A stretch of DNA of 34,358 nucleotides from assembly GCA_020721745.1 (NCBI GenBank), contig DYMC01000002.1:1-34358 (forward strand). Direction: 5' to 3'. Below the pieces are notes generated by a model. It did not search any database. It saw only the letters and a list, made by a program, of their open reading frames with translations, and was not told the origin of the DNA. Each line of letters begins with the position of its first letter. The stretch's first letter is position 1. Shown one piece after another: positions 1-7,531 of the stretch. The position numbers and the translations under genes are program-made. Source of the stretch: Lentisphaera sp. GTDB taxonomy: Bacteria; Verrucomicrobiota; Lentisphaeria; Victivallales; GWF2-50-93.

Positions 1-913
1 GCCCGAGGGCCCGGGCGATAGCATCCCGGCCCATGCTGCCCGATGTATCGAGGATACAAGCGATTTCAGGCTGTGGCGCAGCCTGCGACGGAGAAATGAT
101 GCCTCGCGCCATTGCGCGGCGCGAAGGCGTGCGCAGGCTATAATCGCCGTATCCCCGTCGGATCGCCACGGCGCGGCGGATGTGCGCTGCAAGTAGACGC
201 TGCCATGGGATCCGGCGCGGAGCCAACTCTGCCTCCGCCCATTCGCGAAGGGAGCCTGGAACGCTACCAGGTTGCGATGCGGCGGCCCGCTGAATTTCTC
301 GGGCGATGCTGCGCCGAATCAGTTCCCCTTCTTCCTTGGATACTCCGTCTGCGGCGGTGGCTGGCGCGGGCAACTCGTAATCGCGGTGATGGCCATCCGC
401 CGCACTACCGCAATCTCCTGCAGCGGGGCCGGATTGCTGGCCGCCGTTGCCCTTGTTTTTCCCTTTGCTATCGTTGTTCTTGCCTTTGTTATTGCCGTTG
501 CTTTTTTGCAATGCGGCAAGGTACTGCTCGAAGGTTTGATCCTTCGGCAGCTGATAGTTTTCGGGAAAAACCGCGCCTTCTGGTAGAGTGAAATTCTCGC
601 GGCGGAGTTGGCAATTAATCGCTAAATCCGCAGCAATATTGCGCAGCGTGTGGGGGATAGATTGATCCCCGCGAGAATGGTGCGAGTAAAGCAGGTGGAG
701 TGCTTCATGATACAACACCCCAACCCATTCTTCTTCGCTCCATTCGTCAACTCGCTGAGGATGCCAGTACAAGCGGTAGTATTTGTCCACCGCTGCCGTC
801 GGCACTTTGTCCGTTTCAATCGGCTGTAGCCTGAGGAGAATGCGGGCCAGGTAGGGCCGCTGCCGAAGCAGCTGGTACCTGGCCCTTTGCAGCTTGAGTG
901 GGAGGGAAGCCAT
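1..913 (-). CDS. Putative metallopeptidase-like (HExxH) + VWA-domain protein, MoxR partner (DUF2201-type architecture); 3' part lies beyond the window
   Basis: Absent from the ORF track because it runs off the left edge. Hand translation of the reverse complement from the ATG at 913-911 is stop-free for 304 codons (MASLPLKLQRARYQLLRQRPYLARILLRLQPIETDKVP...). It shows YHEALHLLYSHH (HExxH codons 695-709), a K/G/N-rich linker, then ILDTSGSMG (DxSGS MIDAS-type motif, 35-49). The ATG lies 2 nt after the TAA of the ATPase gene. Confidence 0.75.
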   Translation of the reverse strand, partial: MASLPLKLQRARYQLLRQRPYLARILLRLQPIETDKVPTAAVDKYYRLYWHPQRVDEWSEEEWVGVLYHEALHLLYSHHSRGDQSIPHTLRNIAADLAINCQLRRENFTLPEGAVFPENYQLPKDQTFEQYLAALQKSNGNNKGKNNDSKGKNKGNGGQQSGPAAGDCGSAADGHHRDYELPAPATAADGVSKEEGELIRRSIAREIQRAAASQPGSVPGSLREWAEAELAPRRIPWQRLLAAHIRRAVAIRRGYGDYSLRTPSRRAMARGIISPSQAAPQPEIACILDTSGSMGRDAIARALG

Positions 914-915
914 TT

Positions 916-1989
916 TTAATTCCTCTGAATTAGGGGCCGGAATGGCTCCAACAAATTGGCATCTTTTCCGAGCGGCAAGTAAACGCCTGCCGCCCGATGA
1001 ATCAGCGTTCGGGCTGCTAATGCTGCTGCTTCCGCTTGGCCGCTTTTTGCGGCTTCCCCAAGCCAAGCCCATACGTTGCGCACGCCGTCTGCCTTGCCTC
1101 TGGCGATTGCGAGTTCCGCCGCTGAAACGGCGGCGGTAAAGAGGATATCCCCGCGTGGGGGGATTGGGATAGGCTTGCCATTCACGATATCCTCGGGGGA
1201 AGGGATATCGAGTTCCTCGAGATAGGCGCACAGCTCCGTAGCTGCCGCCTCCCCGATGCAGGCAGCAGCGAGTGCAAGCCGCAAGCCGGAATCGCGAACT
1301 CCGGCGATGGCCCGGGCGCAAAGATCCCATGTTCTTGGCGATGGCCAAGCCTGGCCAGCTTGGATGGGATCGTTTGGGAGGCTATGGATATACTGGGGTG
1401 CGCGGCGCAAAAACGCCGCAATGCTCGCCCTAGTTAGCAGTGTTTCTTGCTCCGTTGGAAGGGGAGCAGAGGGGGAGAATGAAACGGAATTGGAGAACAT
1501 ACCGGGGAATCCCTCGAGGAATTCCTCGTTGTCCAGTTCCGCGTTGAGGTGCGCGAATCTATTCGCTGTCGGCGCGGCGAGTTCCGCGCCGCCCGCAGAA
1601 CATTCTGGTGGGTTTGCTGCCGCGATAATGCGGCATCCCGGTGAGAGCCGCCGTGAGCCAACCATCCGCTCCGCAACAATCCTAAGAGCCGCAGCCTGTT
1701 GCGCCGGGGACGCCGTTGAAAGTTCATCTAAAAACAGGATGGAATCCTGTTCTTGACTGAACAACTCGGGCCCGGCCCAATCGGGCATTCCGCGATGGGC
1801 ATCGCCCCGCTTATCCAACGTAATAATCCCGTGCAGCTCAACGGGATCGTAATGGCTTAATATGCATACAAAAAGCGGCCAGGATCGCTGCGCCGCATAC
1901 GCAGCAATCCTAGCCGTTTTGCCGCAGCCGGGGCGGCCCCACAGGACAACGGGGATGCCTCTCTCAATCAGATGTTCGTAGGTCCTCAT
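916..1989 (-). CDS. MoxR-like AAA+ ATPase (AAA_5 type)
   Basis: 357 aa. Walker A GRPGCGKT, Walker B ILFLDEL, IIAAANPPE, PSPRTW. Single AAA module of MoxR size, translationally coupled to the VWA gene downstream. Confidence 0.85.
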   Translation of the reverse strand: MRTYEHLIERGIPVVLWGRPGCGKTARIAAYAAQRSWPLFVCILSHYDPVELHGIITLDKRGDAHRGMPDWAGPELFSQEQDSILFLDELSTASPAQQAAALRIVAERMVGSRRLSPGCRIIAAANPPECSAGGAELAAPTANRFAHLNAELDNEEFLEGFPGMFSNSVSFSPSAPLPTEQETLLTRASIAAFLRRAPQYIHSLPNDPIQAGQAWPSPRTWDLCARAIAGVRDSGLRLALAAACIGEAAATELCAYLEELDIPSPEDIVNGKPIPIPPRGDILFTAAVSAAELAIARGKADGVRNVWAWLGEAAKSGQAEAAALAARTLIHRAAGVYLPLGKDANLLEPFRPLIQRN

Positions 1990-2169
1990 TCGTTTTTCCT
2001 TTCAGAGGGGGGGGATAGAGCCTCCCATCTATAGAATGCCGAAGTGGTGAGCCCATTGCAATACCTTTCTTCGTAAAAGTTATCCCCCATAGAATCAACA
2101 ATTTGCAGCCCTACGAGATCGTATGCTATCCTTCGAATGGCGGAGAAATGCCTGTGGAGGTGGCTGTAA
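1990..2169. promoter_or_regulatory. Divergent intergenic region between the ATPase gene and terS; presumed promoters/operators
   Basis: Only non-coding gap separating oppositely oriented units. ATAGAAT occurs twice (2031-2037, 2089-2095), each preceded by CCCAT. No convincing -35/-10 pair could be assigned by eye. Confidence 0.3.
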
Positions 2170-2733
2170 ATGGCTCATAGGCCGAAACTTATGGCCTTAA
2201 CGCGCCTGATCAATTCGCGCGGCGGAGAGGCATGGATTCTCGATGAGATCGCCTCCGGGCGCAGCGTGGCGGCGTTGTCGCGCGAGCTCGAGTGCGCATC
2301 ATCCCTGCTCCGTGCCTATCTGGAGCATCCGCGCAGGGTAAATCGTTTTAGGGAGGCTCAACGGCGTGCCGCATCAGCATGGGCGGATGAGATGCTCGAG
2401 CTTGCAGATGCCGCAACGCCGGATGATTGGCGGGCTCGCCAATTAAGGATCAATGTGAGAAAGTGGCTGGCGGAAAAGCACGATCCGCAGCAATTCGGTC
2501 AAGCGGGTCCGAATGTACAGATTAGTGCCGGATCGATCCATGTGGCAGTGCTGCAGGCAGTCGAGGAGGCGGCCCGCCCGCGCCCGGAGTTGATTCTGCC
2601 TCCGCCCAGGCAGTTGCTGTCTGGCCCAGAAATCGAGGCTACTGATATATCAGTGGCCCCGCCCACTGATATATCAGCTGAGGCTATGTATAACATAACA
2701 AAGGAGAAACAGCATGAGGAAGACACGCCGTAG
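2170..2733 (+). CDS. terS: Terminase small subunit
   Basis: N-terminal HTH-like segment (ILDEIASGRSVAALSRELE) followed by ADEMLELADAATPDD...RQLRINVRKWLAEKHDPQQFG. This is the pattern I recognise from a common phage small-terminase family. GGAGG lies 9 nt upstream of the ATG. Same strand as terL and about 1 kb upstream of it. Confidence 0.7.
   Translation: MAHRPKLMALTRLINSRGGEAWILDEIASGRSVAALSRELECASSLLRAYLEHPRRVNRFREAQRRAASAWADEMLELADAATPDDWRARQLRINVRKWLAEKHDPQQFGQAGPNVQISAGSIHVAVLQAVEEAARPRPELILPPPRQLLSGPEIEATDISVAPPTDISAEAMYNITKEKQHEEDTP
2641..2677. repeat. Two copies of palindromic ACTGATATATCAG, 24 bp apart, inside the 3' end of terS
   Basis: Copies at 2641-2653 and 2665-2677. The core CTGATATATCAG is a perfect 12-bp palindrome. 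Spacer is TGGCCCCGCCC; GAGGCT flanks both sides (2635-2640, 2680-2685). Confidence 0.9.
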
Positions 2734-3601
2734 CCGGGCGATGTCACCGGGCGGTGACATGGAAAAACTGGCCCCGAGCCGCGCGAAAAACCCGCAAAAA
2801 GCGCGTGGCGCGACAGACGCCGCGCAGTATGTCGTACCAGGCGATAGCAGCGGCGGATCTGCGCCGCGCCGGGCCGGGCTTCGGGCCGGGCCCGCGCCGA
2901 AGGGTATCGGATATTCGGATCTTATTGTCCTAAAAGGACTTATCGGAGTTTCGGACCTGAATATCCGAAATTCTGAAACTGGAGTTTCGGACCCAGATGT
3001 CCGAAATCACCCCCCGGTTCCGGGGCGGACGGGGGCGGGTGGAAGCTCGGGTAACCCTTTACCACGGGCGAAGGCCAACAAAAAATACAAAATTAAGGGT
3101 AAAAAGGGCCTGGCTTCCACCCCCCGGTCTCCTTCCACAAGAGAAACTAACCGCCTTTTTCTCCGGCCACAAATTTCTAAAAAATTTTGGGGCCCCGACA
3201 AGGATTTGCCGAAGTATATGTACGCTTTACATTGCGACTTGCGTTCGTGGTTTGACCTAGACGGATATGCTTTGGCACTCGAAGTCGATCCCTATGGTGA
3301 CGATGAAAGTATAGTGATGACGGTGGAAACGGACTTGTCATATCGTCACATAAGGATCACGCATCATCGCAGACTTCTTGGCCTATGGCGAGAGCGTTCG
3401 TTTGCTGAGATCGTCCGAGCAGCTGTTCATGAGTGGGTTCATGTTCTCGTTGAACCGGTTGTTGCTGTGGCCCGCCTGGCCGTTCCGCCGATCATTGAAG
3501 CAGAATTTACTCGCACAGTAGAAAACACTGTCGATAAGTTGACGAACTACCTGTACGAGTCCGTACCAGAGGTGTTGAAGAGGAAATACTATGCAAAATG
3601 A
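2714..3601 (+). CDS. Hypothetical protein with C-terminal HExxH motif; N-terminal 168 codons doubtful (alternative start 3218)
   Basis: AAGGAG lies 8-9 nt upstream of the ATG at 2714, and the start overlaps the terS end. The C-terminal ~127 aa look protein-like (YRHIRITHHRRLLGLW...AAVHEWVHVLVEP). The N-terminal half is basic, low-complexity sequence translated from DNA repeats, and two other frames are also open there. Confidence 0.45.
   Translation: MRKTRRSRAMSPGGDMEKLAPSRAKNPQKARGATDAAQYVVPGDSSGGSAPRRAGLRAGPAPKGIGYSDLIVLKGLIGVSDLNIRNSETGVSDPDVRNHPPVPGRTGAGGSSGNPLPRAKANKKYKIKGKKGLASTPRSPSTRETNRLFLRPQISKKFWGPDKDLPKYMYALHCDLRSWFDLDGYALALEVDPYGDDESIVMTVETDLSYRHIRITHHRRLLGLWRERSFAEIVRAAVHEWVHVLVEPVVAVARLAVPPIIEAEFTRTVENTVDKLTNYLYESVPEVLKRKYYAK
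2905..3012. repeat. Three degenerate tandem 36-bp units; units 2 and 3 carry TTTCGGA-N8-TCCGAAA inverted arms
   Basis: Units at 2905-2940, 2941-2976 and 2977-3012; hand alignment gives 23/36 and 24/36 identities. Inverted arms at 2949-2955/2964-2970 and 2985-2991/3000-3006. Confidence 0.8.
3008..3128. repeat. 11-bp direct repeat CACCCCCCGGT (3008-3018, 3118-3128) enclosing a 9-bp inverted repeat GGTGGAAGC/GCTTCCACC (3038-3046, 3113-3121)
   Basis: Read directly from the sequence. The inverted repeat brackets an A-rich patch (3078-3106). Confidence 0.8.
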
Positions 3602-3803
3602 GAAAATCAGAGAGCTGTTTTTGGCCGCAGATGCAGCATGGCAAGCCATGTGGCCGTTCCGTGGATTCACAAATACAGCCGTCGTTATTACTTGTGAACG
3701 CCTCCGAAAGGCCGTAACAGAGTTGCGGCCTTTTATGGAACAACTTCCGGATTCAGAAGAGGAATTGAAGCCAAGTAAGGCTAAATTCAAGCTGACAAAA
3801 TGA
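3591..3803 (+). CDS. Hypothetical small protein (70 aa)
   Basis: AGAGGA about 7 nt upstream of the ATG. The stop overlaps the terL start (ATGA). No recognisable motif. Confidence 0.5.
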   Translation: MQNEKIRELFLAADAAWQAMWPFRGFTNTAVVITCERLRKAVTELRPFMEQLPDSEEELKPSKAKFKLTK

Positions 3804-5293
3804 ATGAATTAGACGCAAAACTTTGGGCGAAAGGCCCGGCTAAGCATTCATCCACTCCGAGCAAATGGCAAGGACAGGGTAAAGACCAGGGTAGAGACCT
3901 GATCTCTTTTTGGAAGGACTTTGTCCTTAAGTACAGAAACGATCCGGTCGGTTTTGTGAAATACTGCTTCAAGGCGGAGCCGGACGGATGGCAATCTCAA
4001 GTCCTACGTGACATTGCCGCCGGCGAGAGGCGCATCTCTGTCCGTTCTGGCCATGGAGTCGGGAAGTCGACTTGCGCCTCCTGGGCTGCGTTGTGGTACC
4101 TTTTCACCCGCCACACCGTGAAAGTTGTGGTTACGGCTCCGTCCGCTGCCCAGTTGTTCGACGCTCTTTTTGCTGAGATCAAGACTTGGGTCCGCCGTTT
4201 GCCGGCGGATATGCAGGAACTCATCGACATAAAATCTGAGCGTATCGAGCTCAAGGCCGCCCCGCAAGAGTCCTTCATCTCGGCCCGTACCAGCCGTGCG
4301 GAACAGCCGGAAGCCTTGCAGGGTGTCCATGCCGACTATGTTCTGCTAATCGCGGACGAGGCGTCCGGTATCCCCGAACCGGTGTTCGAGGCTGCTGCCG
4401 GCTCCATGAGCGGCCATAACGCCACTACACTCCTGCTTGGAAACCCGGTACGTTCGAGCGGCTTCTTCTACGACACGCACCACCGCCTCCGGGATGAGTG
4501 GAAAACGTACCACGTCAGTTGTTTTGATTCGGTTCGTGTGTCGCCGGACTTCGTCAAGGACATGGCCTCGAGATACGGAGAGGACTCCAATGCGTACCGG
4601 ATCCGTGTTCTCGGCGATTTTCCGCGCAGTGACGACGATACTGTCATCGCCATGGAGCTGATCGAGAGCGCCTGGCAGAGGGATATCACTATTCCACCGA
4701 AAACGCCGGAGGTGTGGGGCCTTGACGTGGCTCGCTTCGGCTCCGACTCGACGGCTCTTTGCAAGCGGCGCGGGCGGACGATCATTGAATTGAAGCGCTG
4801 GAGTGGGCTTGATCTGATGCAGACGGCTGGAGCTGTCTTCGTGGAGTATAATTCCCTCTCCGACAAGCCCGCAGAGATCCTTGTTGACGCTATCGGCATT
4901 GGTGCCGGTGTTGTTGACCGCCTCCGGGAGTTGGGTTTGCCCGTCCGTGGCATCAACGTGTCCGAATCCGCCGCGATGAGCACAAAATATGCCAACTTGA
5001 GAGCGGAGTTGTGGTTTCTCATGAGAGAATGGTTTACAGAGAGGCAGTGTAAAATCCCGCGTGATGAGCGCTTGATCGAGCAGTTGGCGACGGTGAGATA
5101 CAAGTTTCAAAGTAACGGGCGTCTTTTGGTGGAATCAAAGGACGAGATCCGGAAGAGAATGCGCGGACAGAGCCCTGACGAGGCTGACGCGCTGGCGTTG
5201 ACGTTCGCATCGTCTGCGGTAATTGCTTCAGCTGGGACTGAAAAGCAGAGCTGGGGCAAGCCCGTAAGAAGGGAGTACATTTTCGCGGCATGA
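3800..5293 (+). CDS. terL: Terminase large subunit
   Basis: 497 aa. Walker A SGHGVGKST, Walker B VLLIADEASGI. C-terminal nuclease-like region with acidic residues (GLDVARFGSD, VDAIGIGAG, PDEADAL). Confidence 0.9.
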   Translation: MNELDAKLWAKGPAKHSSTPSKWQGQGKDQGRDLISFWKDFVLKYRNDPVGFVKYCFKAEPDGWQSQVLRDIAAGERRISVRSGHGVGKSTCASWAALWYLFTRHTVKVVVTAPSAAQLFDALFAEIKTWVRRLPADMQELIDIKSERIELKAAPQESFISARTSRAEQPEALQGVHADYVLLIADEASGIPEPVFEAAAGSMSGHNATTLLLGNPVRSSGFFYDTHHRLRDEWKTYHVSCFDSVRVSPDFVKDMASRYGEDSNAYRIRVLGDFPRSDDDTVIAMELIESAWQRDITIPPKTPEVWGLDVARFGSDSTALCKRRGRTIIELKRWSGLDLMQTAGAVFVEYNSLSDKPAEILVDAIGIGAGVVDRLRELGLPVRGINVSESAAMSTKYANLRAELWFLMREWFTERQCKIPRDERLIEQLATVRYKFQSNGRLLVESKDEIRKRMRGQSPDEADALALTFASSAVIASAGTEKQSWGKPVRREYIFAA

Positions 5294-7284
5294 AGACACA
5301 AGAAGAACTTGAATCTGCGATCCGGCAAGCCTATAATCAGGCCGAAAGCTGGAACGACTATCTTGGAACGATCCGTGTTCGCCTCCTAAAGGCGTACAAC
5401 GGTGAACCTTACGGCAACGAGCGCGAAGGACGATCTCGGATTGTGATGACAGACGTCCGGGATACCGTTTCAGCCGTCCTTCCGAGCCTGATGAGGGCGT
5501 TTTTTGGAAGCCAGAAAGCGGTTGAATTCGTTCCGAACGACCCCTCTCAGGCTGAAATCGCTGAACAGGCCACCGATTATGTGACTTATGTCCTCCGGCA
5601 GGACAATCCGGGCTTCGTTGAGCTCTATAGATGGTTCAAAGACGCCCTGATCGGTGGGATCGGTGTTCTGAAGGTCTGGTGGGAGTCCGATAACAGCGTC
5701 AAGAAGTATGAGTTTTCCGGTTTGGACCCCACGGCTGCCGCACTCATTCAGCAAGAAACTTCCGTATCCCCGGACGTTTCTATCCAAATCTCCTCACAGG
5801 ACAAAACGGGCCTCTCCGGCACGGTGATGTACAGAAACCGCAACGAGGGCGTCCGGATCCGAGCCGTCCCTCCAGAGGAATTCCTTATTGAACCCGGCGC
5901 TGTTCACCTGAATGAGTGCAAATATGCTGCCCATCGTACGCTCCAGACCATCTCGGATCTTGTTGCTCTCGGCTATGATAGGGAAAAGCTCCTTGAACAC
6001 GCCACGAACCAGTCCCGTACGGACGTGTTCGGACAAGAGCGGATCTATCGATGGGGGAACCTGCTCCAAGACGAGCTGAACCCCATTGACGACAGCCAAC
6101 GTTACGTCCTTTACGTCGAGCATTACGTCCTGATCGACTCCGACGATGATGGTATCGCCGAGAGGCATAGAATCTGCACCATCGGGGAGGACATGGAGAT
6201 TGTCAATGACGAAGTCGTTGACGAGATCCCGTTTGTCGTAGTTATGTGCGATCCGGAGCCACATCAGCTAGTCGGGTCCTCCCTTGCCGAGAGGGTTGAG
6301 GACGTCCAACGCATCCGGACAGCGGTTGTACGCGGCGTTCTGGACTCTCTTTCACAGGCCATCGTTCCCAGAATCGCCGTTGTGGAGGGTCAGGCTTCGC
6401 TCGCGGACGTGCTAAATACGGACGTCGGTGCACCTATCCGAATGGCCGCACCGGGCATGGTCGCTCCGTTGGCTACGCCCTTTGTAGGCAAAGAAGCGAT
6501 CCCTCTCCTGGGCTATCTGGATGAAGTCAAAGAGAACCGAACCGGCGTGACGAAGGCGGCTGTGGGTTTGGATCCGGATTCGTTGCAATCCGCGACTCAG
6601 GCAGCCGTCGCAGCTACCGTTAAGGGCGCTCAGGAGCGTGTCGAACTGCTGGCTAGGTTGTTTGCGGAGTCGGGCGTAGCGCCTCTCTATAGACTGATTT
6701 ACCGTCTTCTTTATCGGAACCAGAGGGCCCAACGCGTTGTCCGCCTCCGGGGCAGGTGGGTTCCCGTCAACCCGTCCTCATGGGTCTCCGATTTGCAGGT
6801 TTCCGTCCTGGTGGGTATCGGTGAGGCGACGATTCAAGAGCGGATTCAGACTCTTCTGGGTCTTGCAGCGAAGATCGAGAAGTTGCTGGAGATGCTTGGT
6901 CCGTCGAATCCGATTGTGCCCGTTCGTGGATATCGTGACCTGCTCGCGGAGGCTGCGGAGATGTCCGGTATTTATAACACAGGGAAATTCTTCCCTCCGG
7001 TCACTCCCCAGGCCGAACAGGCTATGGCTGAAGCCGCTTCCAAGCCTGATCCGGAAAAGGAAGTCGCTACGATGGTTGCTCAGGTTCAGGTTGAGCAGAT
7101 CAAAGCCGATATTTCTATGAAGCAGGCTGAACTCAAGCTTAAAGAGCAGGACGTTCAGCTTAAGCACGAAAGGGAGATGAAACAGATGGCCGTTGAGGCC
7201 GAATTGAAGATGGCCGAACTGAAGATGAAATACGAGATCGAGAAGGAGAAGCTCAGGAATGCAAATGCGTCATCTGAAGGATGA
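5290..7284 (+). CDS. Portal protein
   Basis: 664 aa immediately after terL (ATGA overlap). The N-terminal pattern AYNGEPYGNEREGRSRIVMTDVRDTV...WFKDALIGGIGVLKVWWE resembles P22-type portals. C-terminal charged coiled coil. Confidence 0.85.
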   Translation: MKTQEELESAIRQAYNQAESWNDYLGTIRVRLLKAYNGEPYGNEREGRSRIVMTDVRDTVSAVLPSLMRAFFGSQKAVEFVPNDPSQAEIAEQATDYVTYVLRQDNPGFVELYRWFKDALIGGIGVLKVWWESDNSVKKYEFSGLDPTAAALIQQETSVSPDVSIQISSQDKTGLSGTVMYRNRNEGVRIRAVPPEEFLIEPGAVHLNECKYAAHRTLQTISDLVALGYDREKLLEHATNQSRTDVFGQERIYRWGNLLQDELNPIDDSQRYVLYVEHYVLIDSDDDGIAERHRICTIGEDMEIVNDEVVDEIPFVVVMCDPEPHQLVGSSLAERVEDVQRIRTAVVRGVLDSLSQAIVPRIAVVEGQASLADVLNTDVGAPIRMAAPGMVAPLATPFVGKEAIPLLGYLDEVKENRTGVTKAAVGLDPDSLQSATQAAVAATVKGAQERVELLARLFAESGVAPLYRLIYRLLYRNQRAQRVVRLRGRWVPVNPSSWVSDLQVSVLVGIGEATIQERIQTLLGLAAKIEKLLEMLGPSNPIVPVRGYRDLLAEAAEMSGIYNTGKFFPPVTPQAEQAMAEAASKPDPEKEVATMVAQVQVEQIKADISMKQAELKLKEQDVQLKHEREMKQMAVEAELKMAELKMKYEIEKEKLRNANASSEG

Positions 7285-7531
7285 GGAATTGATCGAGGCA
7301 GCTGGGTTTGGACGGCAAGCTCGTGATATTCTTGAGAATTCACCTGTCTTGTCCAATCTGAAGTTGAGTTATCATAATCAATGGGAAGGATGTTCTTCAC
7401 CGGAAGATAGAGAGGAGATCTGGTATAGGCTCCGAGGACTCCTCGATATCGTCCGAGAGTTGAATAGACTTATCGATTACGGTAAGGTTTGTGAACAGGA
7501 GCTTGACAGAAGGAGGAAGAGAAATGCCTGA
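7259..7531 (+). CDS. Hypothetical small protein (90 aa)
   Basis: Fills the portal-scaffold junction. AAGGAG upstream; the stop overlaps the scaffold ATG. No motif. Confidence 0.45.
   Translation: MQMRHLKDEELIEAAGFGRQARDILENSPVLSNLKLSYHNQWEGCSSPEDREEIWYRLRGLLDIVRELNRLIDYGKVCEQELDRRRKRNA

Noticed and set aside
112-591. Plus-strand ORFs (159 aa, 104 aa) at the left end
   Set aside because: They lie opposite the hand-translated HExxH/VWA gene, which has clear motifs and coupling to the ATPase. Their plus-strand translations are Cys/Arg-rich nonsense.
2641-2677. The palindromes as LexA/SOS boxes
   Set aside because: CTG-N6-CAG does not fit the CTGT-N8-ACAG spacing of the gammaproteobacterial box or any other LexA consensus I recall. 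The host is also unknown.
2905-3012. The 36-bp repeats as a mini CRISPR array
   Set aside because: The units are contiguous with no spacers. There are only three of them, they are about two-thirds identical, and no cas genes are present.
3008-3130. A tRNA gene or tRNA-derived attP core in the GC-rich structured stretch
   Set aside because: No cloverleaf could be drawn. There is no T-loop-like GTTCRANYC flanked by a 5-bp stem, and no acceptor/CCA-type end.
4346-5110. 254-aa and 211-aa minus-strand ORFs inside terL
   Set aside because: They are antisense to a terminase with clear Walker motifs and show no protein-like features. They are shadow ORFs.
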